From: Pseudobdellovibrionaceae bacterium
GTDB taxonomy: Bacteria; Bdellovibrionota; Bdellovibrionia; Bdellovibrionales; UBA1609
Length of the DNA: 64,000 nt
Assembly (NCBI GenBank): GCA_043720065.1
Contig: JAYSTF010000074.1
Coordinates: 2,634 to 66,633 of the forward strand
Reading direction: 5' to 3'
Part shown: in pieces, positions 18,934 through 27,154 of the stretch
Layout of the letters: each line of letters begins with the position of its first letter
Numbering within the stretch: position 1 is the first letter of the stretch
Notes under the pieces: model-generated
Told to the model about the DNA's origin: nothing
Database searches by the model: none
The model's input: the letters and a program-made list of their open reading frames with translations, nothing else
Made by a program: the position numbers and the translations under genes

Positions 18934-20058
18934 CTAAAGAATCGCGTTCACGAATTCTTCCGCATTGAAGGGCCTGAGGTCCGTGACCTTTTCTCCGACG
19001 CCGATCAAGCGCGGTGGAAGATTAAGTTCGACTGCAAGTGACAGTGCTACGCCGCCTTTAGCCGTGCCGTCCATTTTGGTGAGAACTATGCCGGTTAGTT
19101 CGAGTGCCCCGTTAAATTCCCTGGCTTGCACGATGGCGTTTTGGCCGGAGTTAGCATCCAAAACGAGCAGAGTTTGGTGAGGAGCTGTCGGGTCGACTTT
19201 AGCGAGAACGCGTTTTACCTTTTTTAATTCTTCCATTAGATTTTTCTGCGTATGGAGTCGACCCGCAGTGTCGATAATGACAATGTCAGAGCCGTTGGCC
19301 TTGGCCTTCTCAACCGCTTGATAAGCGACGGCTGCAGGGTCCATCACACCTTCGGGTGCGAAGATTTCAACTTGCGCGCGCTCGGTCCAAATTTTGAGCT
19401 GCTCGCCTGCGGCCGCGCGGAATGTGTCTCCCGCCGCGACGATTACTTTTTTGTTCGCCTGAGCTAGAAGAAATGCGAGCTTTCCAATAGTCGTGGTTTT
19501 TCCTGCACCGTTCACTCCAACGACTAACCAAACGACGGGCTTGGCTTGTGCTTTATCAAGTTCGAGTGCCTGCAGCACCGACGGTCCGTGAACACGTTCG
19601 CCTAAAATTGTGAGCATTTCTTGTTTGAGGGCAGCTCGCACTTTTTCTGACGATGAAGCGACTCCGTTTGAGGATTTTTTTAGCGCTTCCATCAGACGCT
19701 CAACCGTTGGAACACCCAGATCAGACGTATAAAGAATTTCTTCAATCTCGTCGCGAAGTTCGGGCGCCATGCCGCCTGCGCCGACTAAATTTTTTAGCCG
19801 ACCCCAAATGCTTTCACGCGTATTGGACAGTGCGGATGTAAGAGGTTTTGGCGCGTCTACTACCGTTTCGCTAGGCGCTAATCCCGGGTCAGGCGCCTGC
19901 GATACTTTGGGCGCATGCAGCGGGAGCTGCGGCTTCTCTTCCACCCCAGGCGACTTAATTCCATAACGGGCGAAGTAGTAAGCGATCGAGCCCACCACGC
20001 CTACGATAATGACCACACCGAGCAGAATTAAAAGCAGGAGATTATTGTCGTTTTCCAC
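18934..20058 (-). CDS. ftsY: Signal recognition particle receptor FtsY
   Basis: 374 aa. N-terminal TM anchor. NG domain with GVNGAGKTTTIGKLA, DTAGRLH and TKMDGTAKGG. Confidence 0.95.
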   Translation of the reverse strand: MENDNNLLLLILLGVVIIVGVVGSIAYYFARYGIKSPGVEEKPQLPLHAPKVSQAPDPGLAPSETVVDAPKPLTSALSNTRESIWGRLKNLVGAGGMAPELRDEIEEILYTSDLGVPTVERLMEALKKSSNGVASSSEKVRAALKQEMLTILGERVHGPSVLQALELDKAQAKPVVWLVVGVNGAGKTTTIGKLAFLLAQANKKVIVAAGDTFRAAAGEQLKIWTERAQVEIFAPEGVMDPAAVAYQAVEKAKANGSDIVIIDTAGRLHTQKNLMEELKKVKRVLAKVDPTAPHQTLLVLDANSGQNAIVQAREFNGALELTGIVLTKMDGTAKGGVALSLAVELNLPPRLIGVGEKVTDLRPFNAEEFVNAIL

Positions 20059-20102
20059 CGGCCGTACTTAGCACACGGGTGCGCGGAAAAGAATAATGCG
20101 TC

Positions 20103-20124
20103 GCTTCTCCGGCGCCGGAGAAGC
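20103..20124 (-). terminator. Candidate intrinsic terminator or perfect 22-bp palindrome between the 312-aa ORF and ftsY
   Basis: gcttctccggcgccggagaagc is its own reverse complement. On the minus strand it is followed by gacgcattattctttt, which is only weakly U-rich. Confidence 0.35.
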
Positions 20125-20181
20125 AACGCGTAACCAAATTCTCCACCGTAGGTGAAAAGTTTGCGTCACATGTCCCGGCGA

Positions 20182-21120
20182 CTAGCGAGCCCAGTCTACT
20201 TGGGGGAATTCGGTGTCCTCAAAGGGAATCATGTGGACGGATGCTGCGCGATAAATTTTGGCCAGATTGAGTGGCTTTAGGTCTTTGGGCTTTCTGATGA
20301 TCAAAAGATTCTCAGAACCTTTACCTGAAGAGAGCGAAAACACCTGGGGATAACGCTGAATTAAATCCTGAATCAAGGCGACACTTTGATTTTTTCCGAA
20401 CAGAACTCGGTCATCTGCGCCGACGCCCTTCTCCGTGCGTAAGATGACTATACCAACGCCTCCGGGCTTTAATTTTTCGATGTAAAGATCCAAAAGACTC
20501 ATTCGCTTTGCGGAATAGAAAAATGCTCCGAAGGGGTCCGTCAATATGTCGGCTTGACCTTCAAATTGCGGCAAAACGGTTTCGGAAAATCCCGGAAGGT
20601 AATTAAATCGGCCCGACGCAAACGAGCTCTTTGCCATCTTATAGAGTCGCGCGCGAAGGATGGCATAGTGCTTTTCTTCAACCTTACTCCAACTTAAATA
20701 AAACATTTTCCCGAGCACCGACTCATCGGATTTACGAATGACGGGTATACCATCCAATGAAACGCCTAGAGAACTGCCAATCACCCGCACAATTTTATGC
20801 TCGATATGGCCATCCTTAAGCGCCTCCCAAAAGTTTTGGGCATTGATGGCGTAGACTGTTGCGCGGCCACCGATGGCAGCCTCCAGCCCGGCGATCCCAA
20901 ATCCGGCGCCCGAATCAATCCAAACCAAGGGCTGTTTGCCAGAGTCGATTGCTTCCCGAAACTCTGGTCCGAGAAGAATACGGTAGCTGTAAAGGTTACG
21001 GGTGTGTTGGCGCCGATAATCTGCGGCCGGGATGAGCCCATTGGTATTGCCAAGCGCGCTGCCGCATAGATCATCACCAAATGCTTGAAATGACAGTAAA
21101 ATTACAAAAATCAGCCACAT
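20182..21120 (-). CDS. Hypothetical secreted protein with a class I SAM-methyltransferase-like motif pattern
   Basis: 312 aa. N-terminal signal-like MWLIFVILLSFQAFG. The pattern WIDSGAGFGIAGLEAA (motif I-like DxGxGxG), ADILTDPFGAFFY and LKPGGVGIVIL resembles a Rossmann methyltransferase. This assignment is tentative. Confidence 0.4.
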   Translation of the reverse strand: MWLIFVILLSFQAFGDDLCGSALGNTNGLIPAADYRRQHTRNLYSYRILLGPEFREAIDSGKQPLVWIDSGAGFGIAGLEAAIGGRATVYAINAQNFWEALKDGHIEHKIVRVIGSSLGVSLDGIPVIRKSDESVLGKMFYLSWSKVEEKHYAILRARLYKMAKSSFASGRFNYLPGFSETVLPQFEGQADILTDPFGAFFYSAKRMSLLDLYIEKLKPGGVGIVILRTEKGVGADDRVLFGKNQSVALIQDLIQRYPQVFSLSSGKGSENLLIIRKPKDLKPLNLAKIYRAASVHMIPFEDTEFPQVDWAR

Positions 21121-21194
21121 AATTAACGCAGTGTATCATTAGCCGAAAGACCCGTCAATTTACCTGCGAAATCTAAAGTACTCTTTTATCCACT

Positions 21195-23297
21195 TTAAGG
21201 GTTTAGGTGGCGCCAAAGTGCGCGCCGCTCAACCCATATTGCGAAGGCCAAAAACAAGCAGGCTAGGTAAAACAACGTGATCTGAAGTTTTGCCGGAAAA
21301 ATGACCGCTTTGATTTCAATCGGCATTCCGACGTCTAGCAGTCCCACTGAAAATCCGACGGAGTAACCGTCGTTAGGGATGTCCACCTTTGCCGGAAGCC
21401 CTTCATATGAATCACTTTCTGCCAGCTCCTCCTGCGCTCCGCTCGATCCCATCGCTTGATCTACCGGCATTTCCATCATGTCCGCTTTTTCAGGGCCACC
21501 GAAACTTCCAGCCTTTACCATACTTTTGCGCATCCCCGAGGAGCTCGCGGTGGTGCGCGGTGGGCTGCCTGCGGTCGCGGAAACTTCCATCGCATTCATA
21601 GCCATGGGCATGTCATGAACCATGTAACTGGAAACGTTTCTTGCTATATAAATTCCGGTCAACACGATCACGCCAAATGAAATCACTTTGGCGTAGTCGC
21701 GCCAGGTATTTAATTTATAAACGGAGAGTCTTGCTCGGTACTTGAATGCTGTCGCAACTAGCATAACTACGAAAATCCAGACTAGCATATTGACGTTAAA
21801 GAACGTAATCAGGCCTGCCGCTACGGCGGCACCAGAGCGAACGTACGAGCGCAATTGGGCTTCCATTAAAAACTTAAAAACAAAGAGCGCCGCAAGTAGC
21901 GCCCACATCAAATTCCACAAGCTCATCGCCCAGTTGTGATCGATGCCGTTACTTACAAAAAAATGTTTGAAGCCTTTGGGTACAGATAAGTTTACTGCAA
22001 CGTTTGTCATCACGGCATCTGGCCTTGGCAAAGAGTCCGTAATGGATGCAATCCCACGGGGCGCGTCGTTGGCCAATTTATATTGAATGGTCGCGGTCTG
22101 ATGATCCCCCGTCGGAATTCGTAAAACCAGCTGATCTTTATCGTTTTTAGAAAGCACTTGCGGCTGATTGTTAATTTCCAAATAGGTGGGGGTCCCCCTC
22201 AAAGTCATGGGAATCTCAGTAGCACCTTGGTTGTTAATAACGAAAGTCGCTTCAACTAAATTTTTACCCATGGGTGACCAGTAGTAACGATAATCAGCGC
22301 TTCGAATTGTGTAGGTCGATGCGGCAAAGCTTTTTAAAGTTTCTTTCGTCCACGTCAGCTGGTCTTTGTTTGACAGCAAATAGCCCCGGGGAGATGGAAA
22401 CGTCGCCTGCATTTTCGTGTCTTGGGCCGAAATGCGCTTGGCGGAAGTATCCACTTTCGACGTCAATAACGGATGTTGATCAAGCAGAACATATTCAAGA
22501 CCTTTTCCGATGGGCGCTTGAAATCCATCTTTGCCGAGACGGCCCATAATGCGAATCTGCTGGTCACCCGGAGGCAGGTTAAGAGAAATTTTCCCTTTCT
22601 CGTCCTTGTACTGAATATCAGTCACCACCTTTTGTACGATCTCGCCGTTTGCCAGAGGGAAAGTGAACGCTTTTACCTTGGAGTTCGGGTTGTGGACTGA
22701 AATGCGGTAATCAAATCGGTTTTCCTCGGCCAACAACTGGATCTTGTAGTAGCCAACAGCTGAAGGCTCTTCCTCTTGCTGAGCTGCGATTTCCCGATCT
22801 GCTCGGTACAGAACAACTTCGCGCTCACCCGAACCTTTCGGCGTTTCCATTGGCTCAATGCCCTTAACTTTTGTGGTGAGCGATAAAATATTGAAAAATT
22901 TCAACCGAACTTCACTCCAGTTTTTCACTTGCAGTCTGCAGGTCACCTGAAATCGTTTGTCTTGCGGGATCAGGCTCACTTGCTCGTCCTTCATCATAAG
23001 GACAGCTGAGCCTTTGCAATCCGCAAGATCGAAATTGGCGTTCTTTTGCATGAACGCGATTTCGCGGGCCGGAAGCGAAGCTCCTCCAGTAATTTTAATC
23101 TCGAGACTTTCTCGGTACACACCGGTAACGGCGACTGTTTCTACTGAGGTGAACTCCACCGCGTCTTTCGATTTTTTTAATCGCAAATATTCATCTAGAG
23201 GAAGCGTTACCGTTGCCGGTTCAGCTGCAAAAGTCGAACTCGATAAAACTGCAAAAAACAAAATTCTTGCGGCGACTGTCATTGGAAAATCTCCCAA
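21195..23297 (-). CDS. Hypothetical large exported/membrane protein
   Basis: 700 aa. Signal peptide (ILFFAVLSSSTFAAEP), a beta-rich ectodomain of about 450 aa, several TM helices, a Met/Ser-rich linker and a final TM helix. No family recognised. Confidence 0.5.
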   Translation of the reverse strand: MGDFPMTVAARILFFAVLSSSTFAAEPATVTLPLDEYLRLKKSKDAVEFTSVETVAVTGVYRESLEIKITGGASLPAREIAFMQKNANFDLADCKGSAVLMMKDEQVSLIPQDKRFQVTCRLQVKNWSEVRLKFFNILSLTTKVKGIEPMETPKGSGEREVVLYRADREIAAQQEEEPSAVGYYKIQLLAEENRFDYRISVHNPNSKVKAFTFPLANGEIVQKVVTDIQYKDEKGKISLNLPPGDQQIRIMGRLGKDGFQAPIGKGLEYVLLDQHPLLTSKVDTSAKRISAQDTKMQATFPSPRGYLLSNKDQLTWTKETLKSFAASTYTIRSADYRYYWSPMGKNLVEATFVINNQGATEIPMTLRGTPTYLEINNQPQVLSKNDKDQLVLRIPTGDHQTATIQYKLANDAPRGIASITDSLPRPDAVMTNVAVNLSVPKGFKHFFVSNGIDHNWAMSLWNLMWALLAALFVFKFLMEAQLRSYVRSGAAVAAGLITFFNVNMLVWIFVVMLVATAFKYRARLSVYKLNTWRDYAKVISFGVIVLTGIYIARNVSSYMVHDMPMAMNAMEVSATAGSPPRTTASSSGMRKSMVKAGSFGGPEKADMMEMPVDQAMGSSGAQEELAESDSYEGLPAKVDIPNDGYSVGFSVGLLDVGMPIEIKAVIFPAKLQITLFYLACLFLAFAIWVERRALWRHLNP

Positions 23298-23450
23298 ACA
23301 TTATTGATGTACAAAGACAATCTTAAGGAGGAATTTGGGTATTTGGCACCAGATAATTTTGACGCAGCTTTGCTGGGTGCATCGCCAAGAAAATGCTTTA
23401 AAGCGTAATTATGTTTTAAACCATTTCGGGCTAGACGAGTTCGTCTTCGG

Positions 23451-23490
23451 CGATATCAGTTAACTGATAATTATCAATAAACTGATATCG
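23451..23490. promoter_or_regulatory. Nested palindromes in the smc / 700-aa-gene intergenic region (candidate operator)
   Basis: An 11-bp perfect inverted repeat, cgatatcagtt (23451..23461) / aactgatatcg (23480..23490), encloses the 12-bp palindrome tcagttaactga (23456..23467) and the 10-bp palindrome gataattatc (23466..23475). Confidence 0.3.
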
Positions 23491-23560
23491 CAGGTGATCG
23501 GACAAATAGGTCATCGGGCAAACGATTCTACGCGTAGAGAAAAGATCGCGCCACAAACCT

Positions 23561-26500
23561 CTACGTCAGCGACACGCTGACCATTTTCGACACGCCTTTT
23601 TCTTCCATCGTGACGCCGTAGAGTTTGTTGTTCACGCGCATAGTTTGCTTGTTGTGCGTGACCACGATGATCTGCGAGCGTTTTGCCATCTCGCGGACCA
23701 ACTCGTTAAAGCGCATGACGTTGGCGTCGTCCAAGGGAGCGTCAACCTCGTCAAGCAGACAAAAGGGCGATGGCTTCACGAGGAAGATTGAGAAGATCAG
23801 GGAGACCGCGGTTAGCGCCTTCTCACCGCCCGACAACAAGCTCACACTTTGCAGCTTTTTGCCCGGAGGACGAGAGACGATATCAATGCCAAGTTCGTCT
23901 TTTTCCGGATCCTCAACCAAAATTAGTCGCGCCTCGCCGCCACCAAATAAAACTGGGAACACTTTTTGGAAGCGTTCGTTCACTTGGTCAAAAGTTTCGC
24001 GGAAGCGCTTGGAGCAAATGCGGTTAATACGATCAATCACTTTGCGCAGCTGATCCTTCGCATCAGTAAGATCAGTATATTGGCGAGTGAGGAATTCATA
24101 ACGGGAAATCAGTTCGTCATATTCTTGTATCGCTGACAGATTTACTTCACCAATGCGAGCTAGCTTTTCTTTTAAATCTGCAACTTCAGCTTCGATGGTC
24201 TTAACGTCGCCTTCTTTGGCAGCGGCGGCCTCCGCCACGTCTGCCAGTATGACCATGTAGCGCTCATGCATTTGATCGACGAGGTATTGCTCCTTCATCT
24301 TTAGTTGCTCAAGCTTAAGCTGAGATTCGTTCATTTTAGCTTTTAGTTCATTTAAGCGATGCATTTTGGTGGAAACTCGGCCGTCAAGTTCCCGCGCTTG
24401 GTCAGCAACCACTTCATACGCATCGCGAGTCTCAGCCAAAGTTTTAGTCGCCTCTTCGCTCTCTCGAACGAGCCGCTCGAATTCGACTTTTTTGTGCTCG
24501 ATCAAAACTTGGTTTGAGCTTAAAGACTCCGTGTTTTTCAAGGACTCTTCGCTCATCTTGGCGATTTGCTCAGAAACTTCGGCGAAAGATTTCGCTACCA
24601 TTTCAAGCTGCCATTTTAGACCTTCAGCTTCTTTGGTTCTAGTGGTCGATTGCATGTGAAGTTCGGACACCGCGCGAGCCAAAGCGTCTACTCCGCCGCG
24701 AGCGCCGTCATACTCGGCCGTCAATGAAGACACCCTTGAATCAAGTTCCGCCTTTTGCGTGCGAAGATCTGTGAGCTTCTCGGTCAATTGATCGAAATCC
24801 GCTTGAACAGACAAACGCAGAGACTCGTCACGAGAAACTTCATGTCCCTGTTTATCGAAAGCCTTTTGCGCATTAGCAAATTCGTTTTCGGCGCGCTCTA
24901 GATCTTTACGAAGCATAGCCACATGAATTTCTTTTTCATTCTGACGTTTACGAGAGTTTTCAAACTCTTCCGTCATTTGCTTAAACTGAGCGTCGAGCTT
25001 CTTTAGAGCGGCTTGCGAGAGCGCAAGTTTTCCAGCCGCTTCTTCGCGGGCAAGAGACAATTCTTTAATCTCGCGACGACGCTTCAAAACTCCGGATTCA
25101 GCCTGATCGCTCGCGCCGGCAGTCAAAACGCCATCCGTTGCTAATGTGTCCCCTTCCATCGTGACAAAAGTCATCGCTGGAAATTCGGGACGCATGGTTA
25201 GTGCCGTTCGTATCGAATCAACAATCGCAACACCGGCTAAAAACGGGCGAACCTGTTCGCGGTATCCTTCGGGAATTGAAGCGACTTGCTCAAGCAAGCC
25301 TTTAAAACCAGAAGTGGCAGACAATCGCTCTTGAATATTTGCATCGACGTGTCCATTCGATCCCGCCCAACCAGAGGCGCTGAAACTGGACCTGCCCCGC
25401 TTTTGCTCTTTCAAATAATCGACAGCGCCAAGGGCGGCGGCGCTCGACTTGCTCAACAGTAATTGCAGCCGAGTGCCCAGCGCCGCTTCCATCGCCAATT
25501 CATACTCGGCTGGCACCTCAATCACTTCAGCAACGGGTTGGAAGTCGCCTTCAGTCTCGACGCTTCCGTCTTCACGGACAGTCTGGCGGCTGCGCTGCCA
25601 AAGCATAACTGTCTTTACGCCGTCTTCGAAACCTTCGTAGTTATTCTGTAGATTTTCAAGTCCGTACAACCGACTTGAAACTTGATTAAGCACATCTTTG
25701 AACTGCTCGACTTCCGTTTGGCGCTCACCAACTTGCCGGCTCAAGACCTGCAAATTAGTTTGATAAGTCTCAACGTCTTTTACGATGTCGAGTTGCATCT
25801 GGCGCTCGGTCTCTAGCTGTTGAAATAAACGATTTCGCCGCTTCTCAAATTCTCTCGATTGAACTTGAAGATCCGCCAGAACTTGCCGAGAAGTTTCAAG
25901 CCTTGTCTCAATTTCACCGATTTTATCGGATAAGGAATGAGTTTTAGCTTCGATATGAGACTCACTCTGCGAAACAGTGAGCATCTCACGCCGTTTGGCG
26001 GTGAGCTCCTGGTCCACTTCACGAATGCGATTTTGAATGACGGAAAGCTCCTGAGCTTGAGTCTCGTACTTGGCCTTTAATTCTTGCGAGTCGCGGTCAG
26101 CCGCTTGAAACTGAGTTTCAAATCGCTCTCGCTCTCCGACAAGGGCCTGAGATCTAGCATCGTACTGGCTTCGGATCCCGCCAGTGATTTCTTCCGTTCT
26201 TCTTGCTTGCTCAATTTCAAATTGAAGCTCGCGGACTTCTTTCTCTAAAACCTGCACGGCCTGAAGTGCGGTTTGATGACGAATCTGCTCCGTCTCAACC
26301 TGCTTTTCCTTTTCCAGAACCGCCAACTTAATAGTCTGAAGTTCAGTTTCATCCGTTCCCATTTTAGAAGTAGCTTCCGCTTCTTCAGTTTGAGCGACGG
26401 TAAATACACTCGACGCAAGATCTGCGTCCTGACGAATGGTCAAATAAGTGCGGGCTGATAACCAAAGCTCTTTTTCTTGAGCCTCGCGCTTAATATTTCG

Positions 26501-27154
26501 ATAGCGCTCGGCCCGCTGTGCTTGGCGCTGAAGACTATCCAAATGACGCTTTTGTTCACCAATGATGTCTTGAAGACGAATTAAGTTTTGCTCTGTCGAT
26601 TCTAATTTTCGCTGCGATTCTCGCTTACGAACCTTAAATTTTGTAATCCCAGCGGCTTCCTCGATCAAAGTTCTACGATCTTCCGGCTTAGCCGTAATAA
26701 TCTTTCCGATCGCGCCCTGTTCCACGATCGAGAACCCTTTAGAACCCGCGCCCGTATCCATGAAAATCTCTTGGATATCACGCAGACGTGCCGTCTCTTT
26801 ATTGACTAAATATTCAGAGTCACCAGAGCGGTGCAATCGACGGGTAACCATGATTTCGGAATGCTTGGAGTATTTAGCCGGAAAAGGACCACCGTCATTT
26901 TCTAAAGTCAGACTCACTTCGGCCATGCCGATCGGCGCGTAGCCTTCCGCGCCAGCAAAGATCACGTCTTCCATGGAAGCTCCACGAAGATGCTTTGCCG
27001 ACATCTCCCCCATCACCCACACAAGCGCGTCCACAATGTTGGACTTACCGCAACCATTCGGCCCAACGATCCCAGTTATGCCCTGGTCAAAGTGGATGAC
27101 AGTTCGGTCTTTAAAAGACTTGAAACCACAAAGTTCTAGTTTTTTGATCCTCAA
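23561..27154 (-). CDS. smc: Chromosome segregation protein SMC
   Basis: 1197 aa. N-terminal Walker A GPNGCGKSN, long coiled coils with a hinge, and C-terminal LSGGEKALTAVSLIFSIF plus Walker B LLDEVDAPLD. The TTG start overlaps the ppdK stop (TTGA). Confidence 0.95.
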   Translation of the reverse strand: MRIKKLELCGFKSFKDRTVIHFDQGITGIVGPNGCGKSNIVDALVWVMGEMSAKHLRGASMEDVIFAGAEGYAPIGMAEVSLTLENDGGPFPAKYSKHSEIMVTRRLHRSGDSEYLVNKETARLRDIQEIFMDTGAGSKGFSIVEQGAIGKIITAKPEDRRTLIEEAAGITKFKVRKRESQRKLESTEQNLIRLQDIIGEQKRHLDSLQRQAQRAERYRNIKREAQEKELWLSARTYLTIRQDADLASSVFTVAQTEEAEATSKMGTDETELQTIKLAVLEKEKQVETEQIRHQTALQAVQVLEKEVRELQFEIEQARRTEEITGGIRSQYDARSQALVGERERFETQFQAADRDSQELKAKYETQAQELSVIQNRIREVDQELTAKRREMLTVSQSESHIEAKTHSLSDKIGEIETRLETSRQVLADLQVQSREFEKRRNRLFQQLETERQMQLDIVKDVETYQTNLQVLSRQVGERQTEVEQFKDVLNQVSSRLYGLENLQNNYEGFEDGVKTVMLWQRSRQTVREDGSVETEGDFQPVAEVIEVPAEYELAMEAALGTRLQLLLSKSSAAALGAVDYLKEQKRGRSSFSASGWAGSNGHVDANIQERLSATSGFKGLLEQVASIPEGYREQVRPFLAGVAIVDSIRTALTMRPEFPAMTFVTMEGDTLATDGVLTAGASDQAESGVLKRRREIKELSLAREEAAGKLALSQAALKKLDAQFKQMTEEFENSRKRQNEKEIHVAMLRKDLERAENEFANAQKAFDKQGHEVSRDESLRLSVQADFDQLTEKLTDLRTQKAELDSRVSSLTAEYDGARGGVDALARAVSELHMQSTTRTKEAEGLKWQLEMVAKSFAEVSEQIAKMSEESLKNTESLSSNQVLIEHKKVEFERLVRESEEATKTLAETRDAYEVVADQARELDGRVSTKMHRLNELKAKMNESQLKLEQLKMKEQYLVDQMHERYMVILADVAEAAAAKEGDVKTIEAEVADLKEKLARIGEVNLSAIQEYDELISRYEFLTRQYTDLTDAKDQLRKVIDRINRICSKRFRETFDQVNERFQKVFPVLFGGGEARLILVEDPEKDELGIDIVSRPPGKKLQSVSLLSGGEKALTAVSLIFSIFLVKPSPFCLLDEVDAPLDDANVMRFNELVREMAKRSQIIVVTHNKQTMRVNNKLYGVTMEEKGVSKMVSVSLT

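Noticed and set aside
23625-24053. 142-aa plus-strand ORF, with several others (24366.., 25146.., 25449.., 26973..) inside smc.
   Set aside because: All are antisense to a 1197-aa SMC ORF that has clear Walker A/B and signature motifs.
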